This document shows, piece by piece, positions 1 through 7,663 of a stretch of 13,048 nt of DNA. The DNA lies in assembly GCA_051382335.1 (NCBI GenBank), contig JBBCAX010000290.1:1-13048 (forward strand), in the 5' to 3' direction. The stretch comes from Deltaproteobacteria bacterium TL4. Its GTDB lineage: Bacteria; SAR324; NAC60-12. The first letter of the stretch is position 1. Every line of letters starts with the position of its first letter. Made by a program: the position numbers and the translations under genes. Under the pieces are notes generated by a model. It worked only from the letters and a program-made list of their open reading frames with translations. It was not told where the DNA came from and did not search any database.

Positions 1-105
1 GAAAATGCAGCAAAGATACTTATGCTACGGTCATATTATAAAGCAGGACGATGGAACTTATTGAAACAGTTGGCAAATTCTCATCTCTCAATCTTGAATG
101 CTTAA
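1..105 (+). CDS. 3' end (5'-truncated by window edge) of a probable transposase, ISKra4/ISLre2 (UPF0236-like, mutator-type DDE) family
   Basis: Frame 1 is open from base 1 to TAA at 103-105 and reads ENAAKILMLRSYYKAGRWNLLKQLANSHLSILNA*. The pattern (N/G)A-x-x-(I/M)L-x-LR-x4-GRW resembles the C-terminal signature I recognise from these transposases. Only 34 codons are visible; not in the ORF track. Confidence 0.6.
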   Translation, partial: ENAAKILMLRSYYKAGRWNLLKQLANSHLSILNA

Positions 106-127
106 CCCGGAAAATGGGAATGCGCCC
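1..127 (+). mobile_element. Right end of a probable insertion sequence; candidate terminal inverted repeat ~108-127
   Basis: The transposase-like stop is followed within ~20 bp by cggaaaatgggaatgcgccc (reverse complement begins GGGCGCATTCCC). This resembles the GGG-initiated termini I associate with this IS group. The left end lies outside the window, so the IR pairing cannot be verified. Confidence 0.5.
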
Positions 128-135
128 GTTCGATT

Positions 136-3100
136 ATGTCATGGTTTAGCCGGTTCAAAAAAAGGGTTGTCTTGGTGGGAATTGCCGTTTTCGCGATTCC
201 CGCGTCATGGACGTCAGCAGAGGTAATTCTCGACGGGACGATGGGGGTTCAAGGAGCGTTGAATGGGCCGGACTACCAAATTACCAGTGAACAGGGAAAA
301 CAATCGGGTTCGAATCTGTTTCACAGTTTCAGTCAATTCAACCTCACTAAAAGTGAAAGCGCGACGTTTAGCGGTCCTGAATCTGTGGACAATATCATTG
401 CCCGTATCACCGGGGGTTCCCCTTCTTCGATTGACGGACTGCTTCAATCCACAATCCCGGGGGCGAATCTCTATCTTCTCAACTCAGCGGGAATCCTCTT
501 CGGTGCTAATGCCACGTTAGCAGTTCAGGGTTCCTTCCATGTCAGTACCGCCGATTATCTTCGCCTGGGAGATAATGAGCGTTTTTATACGATACCCGTG
601 GTCAACGAAGTTTTTTCCAGTGCGCCCCCTTCCGCTTTTGGTTTCCTCGACAACACCCCTGCCTCGATTACCATTCAGGGGGCTCAACTTTCTGTTCCTG
701 AAGGTCAAGCCTTTTCGATCATCGGGGGAGATCTTTCAGTCCTCCAAGATACGAATCTTCAACAACCCGCAAAAATTAATGCCACTGGTGGAAGGGTTAA
801 TCTGGCGAGTGTTGCTTCTGCGGGAGAGGTTGTTCCCGCAGACAATGATTTGGACACTTCAAGCTTTGCAAGTATGGGAGCCATCCAGATTAGTAGTGAT
901 TTAACAACTGGAACCTCAAAATTTTCTGACATCCTCAGCAAAGGGTCTCAGGGGGGCGATATCTATATTCGTGGAGGACAATTTGTCTTGGATCAAGGGC
1001 AAGTAGCAACCTCAGGAACGGGTGACTCAGGAGGCGGAGGTCGTCTTGATATCAAACTTACAGGTGATTTAAGCGTCAAAAATAGCGGTATCGTCGCAAA
1101 CTACAGTAAAGGCGCTAATGGCATAAAAACTGAAATTGATGTGAATAATTTGATCATCCTTGATGGAGGCCAGTTGGTTTCCGGAACAAGTGGCGCGGGG
1201 AATGGCAGTGATGTAAACATCGTAGTGAAAGACAGCATCAGTATTACAAATGCGCCTGGTATAGCGACTCTAGCGTCCAGTAGCGGTAATGCGGGAAATT
1301 TATCCATTTCGGCCCAGTCCATTACAATGAATAAGGGAGATATTGCGAGTTTCACAGAAAAGTCTGGGCAATCAGGAGTGATAACTGTGAAGGCATCTTC
1401 CTTATCTTTAACTAATAATGCGCTTCTGTACAATGCTCAAGCAGGAGGTACTGGACTTATTTCCAATCTTTCCATTCAAACTGAAACACTGGAGTTATCC
1501 AAGGGCGCATTTATTTCAACCAGTACGAGTCAAGGTCAGCAAACAGGAGGGGATTTAAACATTTCCGCCTCCAAGTCGGTTAGTCTAACAGGAGTCAGTG
1601 AGACCAAGGCAGGGTTAACAAGTGGACTGAGCGTACTTACAGAAACGAGTGGAAATAGTGGAAATCTCACATTAATAACCCCCAAGCTTACAATCTCCAA
1701 TGGAGCCAAGATCGTAGGAGAAGTGGTGGAAGGGAGTAGTGGGCATGGGGGAATCGTTAACATTCAAGTCGAGACACTGGAGGTAAAAAATGGAGGGGGC
1801 ATTGCAACCAATACTTTGAGTTCGGGAGATAGCGGGAAACTTGAAGTTTTAGCAACCGGTTTCATTAGTATCTCAGGTTCCAACAGTCAATTAGCCTCAG
1901 ACTCTGCGTCTCAAGGTAATGCGGGGACGCTCTCTATCACAACGCCTAGCCTGAGCGTCATTGATGGAGGACAAATTCTGGCAAAAGCGACTGCTTCTGG
2001 GAATGGTGGATATATCGAAATCAATACGGAAACGTTGAGTCTTATTGGTGGAAAAGGTTTAAACTTTAGCCAGATTACTGCTTCAAGTACATTGAACTCA
2101 ACTGGCAATGGCGGCTCCATTTTAATAAACGCTTCAAAGGCGTTCACTATTGATGGTCAGGGAGGTGTCTTTCACAGCGGTGTCTCAGCTAATAATGTCT
2201 CCAGTAAATCCGGAACTCTTGCGATTTCAACCCCAAAACTAAGCCTCATTCAGAATGCTGAAATCTCCTCCACTACAATGTTTGGACAAGGAGGCCTTAT
2301 AGATTTAGACGTAGGCGAACTTTCGATAGTGGAGGGGATGATTAACACTTCGGGACAATCTGGCAGAGGAGGGGAAATAAGTATTCAGGCAACAAAAAGT
2401 ATTACTTTGGGAGGCGAAGATAATCTGTCCACCAACCTGCAGGCTATCATCGAAAATTTTGCTTATAACACAGGATATGCGGGCAACGTTAAAATAGAGT
2501 CGCCAATTCTTACAATTCAGAACGGTAGTGCCATTCGGTCGAGCCTGTATCAAGAAGGACTTGAGCAAGTCACTTTTGAATCACCAGGCGCAGGCGGAAA
2601 TGTTGATCTGAATGTAGGAAAACTCGAATTAAAAAATGGGGGATTTATTACCACAGAAACGACTGCCGCAGGTAACGGTGGGAACATTTCTATAGAGGCC
2701 TCGGAGTCGATCCTGGTTGCGGGATTTGGTACAAAATTTGGATATGGTCCTTTGAAAAACAGTGGCCTTTTTAACACAAGTTCAAGTTTGGGAAATGCGG
2801 GGAGCATCGTTCTTAAAGCACCAAGCCTTACTCTGGGTGAAGGCGGAAAACTCGCTTCTTCAGTTGAAAAAACGGGGGAAAGCGGTATTGGTGGTAATAT
2901 TGAATTAACCCTGGATACCCTTTCCATGAGTGGTAAAAGTTTGATTACCGTTGATACCAAAGGAACGGGCCAAGCCGGAAACGTTTCAATCCTCACCAAG
3001 AATTTCAGTCTTGAAAGCGGGAGTCAGGTTTCCAGCAAAACACAAGGTTCGGGGAATGCCGGGAAAATTTCGATTGCGGCTCAAGGGAATGTGAGCATTT

Positions 3101-5802
3101 CAGGACAAACAACCACCCAAAGCAGCGGACTCTTCAGTACTACCTCAGGAACAGGGAATGCCGGCGAAGTGCTCCTCACCGCGCCTGCGCTGACAATGTC
3201 TCAAGGAGGTCAGATTGCAGTTTCAGCAGAGGGCACAGGTGGCAATAATGGAGCGGGAGGAAATATACAAATCCAGGTTGATTCCCTGTCATTGAAAAAT
3301 GTGGCGTTGATCACCGCGGCAACTCAAGGAGCAGGAAATGCTGGAAATATCACGTTGAACGTTCAAACCGCAACCTTGGAAAGTGGAGGACAAATCACTA
3401 CTGCCACCCAGGGAGCAGGCAAAGGAGGAGTTCTTTCTGTTACGGCGACAAAGGAAATAGCCATTACGGGTTTGGAGCAAAATAAAAATAGTGGAATCTA
3501 CAGTACCACGAAAGATATAGGGCAAGCAGGAACCATTTCGATTCACTCCTCTCTTTTAACCGTTGGTCAAGACGGACAAATCGCGGCTTCATCAGAAGGT
3601 CTTAACGAGGGGAGCGGATCGGGAGGAAATCTACAAATCCAGGCCGATACACTGGTATTAAAAAATGGGGGAGTGATTACGGTGGATACCAAAGGAACGG
3701 GTCATGCGGGAAGTATCTCACTAGAAGTTCAAAATGCCACACTGGAAAGTGGAGGACAGGTTTCCTCAGGAACCCAGGGAATGGGAAACGCGGGTTCTCT
3801 ATCGGTCAACGCCAAAGAAAACATTACGATTTCAGGAGTGGGACAGGAAAAAAGCTCTGGCTTATTCAGCACCACCACCAGTACAGGAAAAGCGGGAGAT
3901 ATCACTATCCACTCAGCTCAATTGACGCTTGATCAGGAAGGGATCATTGCTGCTTCCGTAGATACCACACAACAAAGCGGTGAAGGAGGAAGTATTCAGA
4001 TTACCACCACGGGCTTAACCGCAAGTAATAAAGGCGTTATCAAAGCCGATACGAAAGGTGATGGCAACGCGGGAAGTCTTAATGTCAATACGGGGATACT
4101 GACTTTGGAGAGTGGAGGTCAACTTTCAACAGAAACTCAGGGAAAAGGAAAGGCTGGAACCCTCACGGTTGTCGCGACAGGAGAACTCACAATTAAGGGC
4201 GTTTCGGAGGGGCAGAATAGTGGCCTTTTCAGTACGACTTCCAGTTCTGGAGACGCGGGAAATGTGATCGTCCAAACCCCCAAATTGCTGCTAGATGAAG
4301 GGGGCGTTATTGCGGCCTCTGTTGAAACCAAAAAACAGAGCGGTCAAGGGGGGGATATTCAGCTCCAGGCAGATACCTTAATCATTCAAAACACAGGACT
4401 GCTCAAAGCCGATACTCAGGGCACAGGAAGTGCGGGGATTATTTCAGTAAACTCTATCAATACAACATTGGACAGCGGCGGACGAATTTCAACCGAAACC
4501 CAAGGGGCAGGAAATGCGGGAACCCTTTCCATTACAGCAAGTGAGTCGATCCACATTTCAGGACAGTCAGGAGATATCTACAGTGGCTTGTTCAGTACAA
4601 CGAAAGCCAATGGAAACGCTGGAACCGTTACCGTCAAATCACCGTCCTTGACCCTTGAAGCGGGAGGAACCATTGCCGCTTCCGCAGAAGGGCTGGATTT
4701 GCTCGGCGAAGGGGGAAACATCCAGTTGGAGGTGGATCTCCTGAGTTTGAAAGACCATGGTTGGATCACGGCAGGAACGAAAGGCTATGGTGCCGCAGGA
4801 AGTATTGCGGTCACAGGAAAGCAAATCGACGTAGAAAGTGCCGGAAAAATTTCAACAGAAACCGAAGGTGCTGGAAATGCGGGAAACATAACACTGAACG
4901 CCTCAGAATCCATTACCATTCATGGCAATAAAGGTGGAGCAAACAGTAGTCTTCTCAGCACGACCGCCTACCTTGGAAATGCGGGAGATATTACGCTGAC
5001 AACTCCTGAACTGCTTGTAAGCCAGCAAGGACAGATCAGTACCTCTTCTCAAAGTACAGGAAAAGGCGGACTCATCCAACTCAATGTGTCTGAGCTTCAA
5101 ATTCAGGATTATGGAAAAATTTCATCGGAGAGCCTGGCCGCTAAAAATGGAGGAGACGCGGGAAATATTGAGATTCACTCTGACATTAAAGTTCTGATGA
5201 ATAAAGGCGCGATTACCACTGAGTCGAAAAGTGGCGGAGGAGGAAGCATTGTCCTTCAAACCAAGGAACTCCTGCACCTGGAAAGCAGTTCAATCACCAC
5301 CACCGTTCAAGGAGGAACGGGAGACGCGGGGAACATTGAAATTGATCCTGAACTGGTGCTTTTGGATAAAAGTCTGATTGTTGCCAACGCCTTTGGAGGA
5401 AAAGGGGGGAATATCCATATTAAAGCGGATCATTTCATTCAATCAGCGGACAGCTTCGTTCAAGCCTCTTCACAACTCGGCATTGATGGTTCCATCAATA
5501 TTGACTCTCCTATTATTGACATCGGCGCGATTCTTGAGGTCCTGCCTTCTTCATTTCTGGATGCCAGTCAACTGATCCAAAAACGATGCGGGGAACGAAG
5601 TGGCGAAATCATGAGCCGTTTTGTGGTTTTGGGAAAAGGAGGAATCCCTACATCCCCTGACGATTTACAACCTGGACTTTGGCCTGATGTTCCGCACCAA
5701 TTGACAACGTTCAGCCCTTTTGAGCATTTTCCAGGCATGGAACAAATAACTCAAGACTCCGATCCTTTATTCTCACTGTCGTTGGAGGCACCGTGTATTT
5801 GA
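136..5802 (+). CDS. Two-partner secretion exoprotein (TpsA), filamentous haemagglutinin family, 1888 aa
   Basis: Sec signal peptide (MSWFSRFKKR-hydrophobic-WTSA|EV). TPS/haemagglutination-activity domain motifs NLFHSFSQFNL, NIIARITGGSPSSIDG and LYLLNSAGILFG. Long G/S/T/N-rich beta-helix repeats (GNAGxIxI). C-terminal block IVANAFGGKGGNIHI...ASSQLGIDGSINI...RC...SRFVVLGKGGIP. Adjacent tpsB gene. Confidence 0.95.
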   Translation: MSWFSRFKKRVVLVGIAVFAIPASWTSAEVILDGTMGVQGALNGPDYQITSEQGKQSGSNLFHSFSQFNLTKSESATFSGPESVDNIIARITGGSPSSIDGLLQSTIPGANLYLLNSAGILFGANATLAVQGSFHVSTADYLRLGDNERFYTIPVVNEVFSSAPPSAFGFLDNTPASITIQGAQLSVPEGQAFSIIGGDLSVLQDTNLQQPAKINATGGRVNLASVASAGEVVPADNDLDTSSFASMGAIQISSDLTTGTSKFSDILSKGSQGGDIYIRGGQFVLDQGQVATSGTGDSGGGGRLDIKLTGDLSVKNSGIVANYSKGANGIKTEIDVNNLIILDGGQLVSGTSGAGNGSDVNIVVKDSISITNAPGIATLASSSGNAGNLSISAQSITMNKGDIASFTEKSGQSGVITVKASSLSLTNNALLYNAQAGGTGLISNLSIQTETLELSKGAFISTSTSQGQQTGGDLNISASKSVSLTGVSETKAGLTSGLSVLTETSGNSGNLTLITPKLTISNGAKIVGEVVEGSSGHGGIVNIQVETLEVKNGGGIATNTLSSGDSGKLEVLATGFISISGSNSQLASDSASQGNAGTLSITTPSLSVIDGGQILAKATASGNGGYIEINTETLSLIGGKGLNFSQITASSTLNSTGNGGSILINASKAFTIDGQGGVFHSGVSANNVSSKSGTLAISTPKLSLIQNAEISSTTMFGQGGLIDLDVGELSIVEGMINTSGQSGRGGEISIQATKSITLGGEDNLSTNLQAIIENFAYNTGYAGNVKIESPILTIQNGSAIRSSLYQEGLEQVTFESPGAGGNVDLNVGKLELKNGGFITTETTAAGNGGNISIEASESILVAGFGTKFGYGPLKNSGLFNTSSSLGNAGSIVLKAPSLTLGEGGKLASSVEKTGESGIGGNIELTLDTLSMSGKSLITVDTKGTGQAGNVSILTKNFSLESGSQVSSKTQGSGNAGKISIAAQGNVSISGQTTTQSSGLFSTTSGTGNAGEVLLTAPALTMSQGGQIAVSAEGTGGNNGAGGNIQIQVDSLSLKNVALITAATQGAGNAGNITLNVQTATLESGGQITTATQGAGKGGVLSVTATKEIAITGLEQNKNSGIYSTTKDIGQAGTISIHSSLLTVGQDGQIAASSEGLNEGSGSGGNLQIQADTLVLKNGGVITVDTKGTGHAGSISLEVQNATLESGGQVSSGTQGMGNAGSLSVNAKENITISGVGQEKSSGLFSTTTSTGKAGDITIHSAQLTLDQEGIIAASVDTTQQSGEGGSIQITTTGLTASNKGVIKADTKGDGNAGSLNVNTGILTLESGGQLSTETQGKGKAGTLTVVATGELTIKGVSEGQNSGLFSTTSSSGDAGNVIVQTPKLLLDEGGVIAASVETKKQSGQGGDIQLQADTLIIQNTGLLKADTQGTGSAGIISVNSINTTLDSGGRISTETQGAGNAGTLSITASESIHISGQSGDIYSGLFSTTKANGNAGTVTVKSPSLTLEAGGTIAASAEGLDLLGEGGNIQLEVDLLSLKDHGWITAGTKGYGAAGSIAVTGKQIDVESAGKISTETEGAGNAGNITLNASESITIHGNKGGANSSLLSTTAYLGNAGDITLTTPELLVSQQGQISTSSQSTGKGGLIQLNVSELQIQDYGKISSESLAAKNGGDAGNIEIHSDIKVLMNKGAITTESKSGGGGSIVLQTKELLHLESSSITTTVQGGTGDAGNIEIDPELVLLDKSLIVANAFGGKGGNIHIKADHFIQSADSFVQASSQLGIDGSINIDSPIIDIGAILEVLPSSFLDASQLIQKRCGERSGEIMSRFVVLGKGGIPTSPDDLQPGLWPDVPHQLTTFSPFEHFPGMEQITQDSDPLFSLSLEAPCI
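2761..4944 (+). repeat. Six tandem intragenic repeats of 363/366 bp (121/122 aa), followed by a partial seventh
   Basis: The S-G-(L/I)-(F/Y)-(S/N)-T motif starts at 2761, 3124, 3490, 3856, 4219 and 4582, with a degenerate SSLLST at 4945. Spacings are 363, 366, 366, 363, 363, 363 nt. Units are clearly similar as protein but diverged as DNA. Confidence 0.9.
5784..5788 (+). promoter_or_regulatory. Shine-Dalgarno (GGAGG) for tpsB, embedded in the tpsA 3' end
   Basis: GGAGG at 5784-5788, 4 nt before GTG at 5793 (short spacing). Confidence 0.55.
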
Positions 5803-7517
5803 GGCTGATACTCGTTATTTTATGTTTGATTATGAATGCGGCGGGAATTATATCCGCACAAGTTCCGCCCCCGCCTCAGGACAAACCTTTTCAAGAGGCC
5901 CCTTTGAGTTTGCCCCCCAATGGAGAGGAACAGCCTGAAATCAAGCTCCCTGGCTTTGAATTGCCTGCTTTGTCCAAAGGTGAGGAGAAGGAGTTATTGT
6001 CTGTTCTTCCTAAACTGTTGATTAAGAAATTTCGATTTGAAGGCAATACGGCGATTTCCACTGGAGAACTTGAAACCCTGAGTGCCCCTTATGAAAATCG
6101 TGAGATCACAGCCCAGGAACTTCAAATTCTGCGACGTCAATTAACCTTGTTGTATGTGAACCGCGGTTATCTCAACTCAGGTGTCCTCATTCCTGATCAG
6201 CCAGTACAAAACGGTGAAATCACTTTTCGCGTTATTGAAGGACGTGTCGTGCGGATAGAGCTTTCAGGAAACAAGGGGTTACGAGAGGGCTATTTCAAGT
6301 CGCGTTTAGAACGGGGAACCAACGAGGGGAAGGCCCCGCTGAACATTAATGATCTCAGCGAGCGATTAAAACTTCTGCAACAAAATCCAAAAATCGAACG
6401 AATTGTCGCGGAACTTCGTCCTGACGTACAAAAAGGAGACGCCTGGTTGAAGGTTGAGGTTCAAGAAACCAGCCTCTATCACTTACAAATCAAACTTAAT
6501 AACCATTCATCTCCGAGTGTGGGCGAATTTCTGGGTGAAGTCCAAGCATCTCATCACAATGTAACGGGGTGGGGCGATACGTTGAAGTTGAGTTACGCGG
6601 GAACAGAAGGCATGGAGTCTTATTCGGGCAATTATGAAATCCCTCTCAACCGTTGGGATACCACAGTGGGGGTATCTTCAAGCCAATCGAAATCATCGGT
6701 CATCACCAAAGCCTTTAAGGATTTGGAGATTCAAAGCCAATCTTCGGGATCTTCTGTTTTTTTACGTCAGCCTCTTTATACCACGCTCTCCACGGAATTT
6801 ACCTTGTCCCTCAAAGTCGAGCGACGTCAAAGCCAGACGTTTATGCTGGGGGAGCCTTTTACCTTTTCGCCAGGAGCCCTTGAAGGCAAAAGTCGGGTGT
6901 CTGTCGTTCGTTTTTCTCAAGAATGGTTGACTCGGAGTCAAGCACGGGTGATTGCCTTGCGTTCAACCTTTAGCAATGGAATTGATGAATGGGAGCCCAC
7001 TCTTAATAAAAACGCGCCAGATGGGATTTTTGCTCTTTGGCTGGGTCAAGTTCAATGGATTCAACGAGTCTCAACCTTCGATAGTCAATTTTTATTTCGC
7101 CTGGACACTCAAAATACCAAGGACGCTTTGTTGTCGCTGGAACAATTTGCCATTGGAGGTGCCTCAACAGTACGGGGATACCGTGAAAATTATCAGACAG
7201 GAGATAATGCTGTCTTTAGTTCACTGGAATGGCGTATTCCTCTCCTGCCCCTTTTCCTTTCCTCAAAAGAAGGGGCTAGTGGAGTGAATAGCTTGCAAGG
7301 GGCTCCCTTTATTGATTACGGAAAAGTGTGGAATGTGGATGATTCCGCACCACAGCCTGACGATATTTATAGCATTGGCTTTGGAATTAGATGGTTACCA
7401 GCCTCCTGGTTTCAATCAGAAATTTATTGGGGAAAGGCACAAACGGATCGCCCATCCCCAGAAGAAAAAGCTGTCCAGGATGATGGAATTCATATTCAAA
7501 TTGCCGCTATTTTCTAA
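5793..7517 (+). CDS. TpsB outer-membrane transporter, ShlB/FhaC/HecB (Omp85) family, 574 aa
   Basis: Signal peptide (..GIISA|QV). POTRA motifs (FRFEGNTAIS, LYVNRGYLNSGV, VIEGRV). Loop-6 motif VRGY at 7170-7181, FIDYG motif, amphipathic beta-strands and a C-terminal Phe. GTG start overlaps the tpsA end by 10 nt. Confidence 0.95.
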   Translation: MYLRLILVILCLIMNAAGIISAQVPPPPQDKPFQEAPLSLPPNGEEQPEIKLPGFELPALSKGEEKELLSVLPKLLIKKFRFEGNTAISTGELETLSAPYENREITAQELQILRRQLTLLYVNRGYLNSGVLIPDQPVQNGEITFRVIEGRVVRIELSGNKGLREGYFKSRLERGTNEGKAPLNINDLSERLKLLQQNPKIERIVAELRPDVQKGDAWLKVEVQETSLYHLQIKLNNHSSPSVGEFLGEVQASHHNVTGWGDTLKLSYAGTEGMESYSGNYEIPLNRWDTTVGVSSSQSKSSVITKAFKDLEIQSQSSGSSVFLRQPLYTTLSTEFTLSLKVERRQSQTFMLGEPFTFSPGALEGKSRVSVVRFSQEWLTRSQARVIALRSTFSNGIDEWEPTLNKNAPDGIFALWLGQVQWIQRVSTFDSQFLFRLDTQNTKDALLSLEQFAIGGASTVRGYRENYQTGDNAVFSSLEWRIPLLPLFLSSKEGASGVNSLQGAPFIDYGKVWNVDDSAPQPDDIYSIGFGIRWLPASWFQSEIYWGKAQTDRPSPEEKAVQDDGIHIQIAAIF

Positions 7518-7527
7518 ATCTCGTTTT

Positions 7528-7621
7528 AAGGCCCTTCGGAAAATCGCTTTTGAAAAAGCCCCGCAAAACTTTGTATTAAAAAGTTGGGTCAAGCTTTTCA
7601 AAGTTTGCCGCCGGAGGCCTT
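7528..7621. repeat. Imperfect nested palindrome (REP/MITE-like or RNA stem-loop) in the tpsB-CHAT intergenic region
   Basis: Arm pairs: aaggcc(c)ttcgg 7528-7539 with ccggaggcctt 7611-7621; cttttgaaaaagc 7547-7559 with gcttttcaaag 7593-7603; ccc 7560-7562 with ggg 7586-7588; aacttt 7567-7572 with aaagtt 7580-7585, around a 7-nt loop. Confidence 0.7.
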
Positions 7622-7663
7622 TATAACACAAGATCACTCATACCTAAACTCAAGGCGCCCTCT

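Noticed and set aside
103..138. Transposase-like frame is in frame with tpsA, separated by a single TAA
   Set aside because: Being in frame is a one-in-three coincidence. There is no readthrough signal, and tpsA has its own complete signal peptide.
214..5575. Many 60-149 aa alternative-frame and antisense ORFs within tpsA, and similar ones inside the other four genes
   Set aside because: They lie within long, motif-supported CDSs and have no recognisable domains. The antisense ones (PALP/PPLP-rich) simply mirror the GNAG/GNGG repeats.
5793..5860. Cys in the TpsB (VILC) and DUF928 (MALC) signal peptides as lipoboxes
   Set aside because: Neither fits [LVI][ASTVI][GAS]C, and both have plausible signal peptidase I sites further on.
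136..7517. Contact-dependent inhibition (CdiA/CdiB/CdiI) or haemolysin interpretation
   Set aside because: There is no VENN/ELYN-type pre-toxin motif, no C-terminal toxin-sized domain, and no small immunity ORF after tpsA; tpsB follows directly.
7312..7637. ORFs 7312-7626 (+) and 7416-7637 (-) crossing the intergenic palindrome
   Set aside because: Both overlap the tpsB 3' end, lack an RBS or recognisable motifs, and are better explained as chance frames through the palindrome.
7597..7638. Internal sigma70 promoter (TATAAC at 7622-7627) or CRP half-site (TCACT at 7634-7638) upstream of the CHAT gene
   Set aside because: No acceptable -35 at 16-18 bp spacing, and the other CRP half-site does not match TGTGA.
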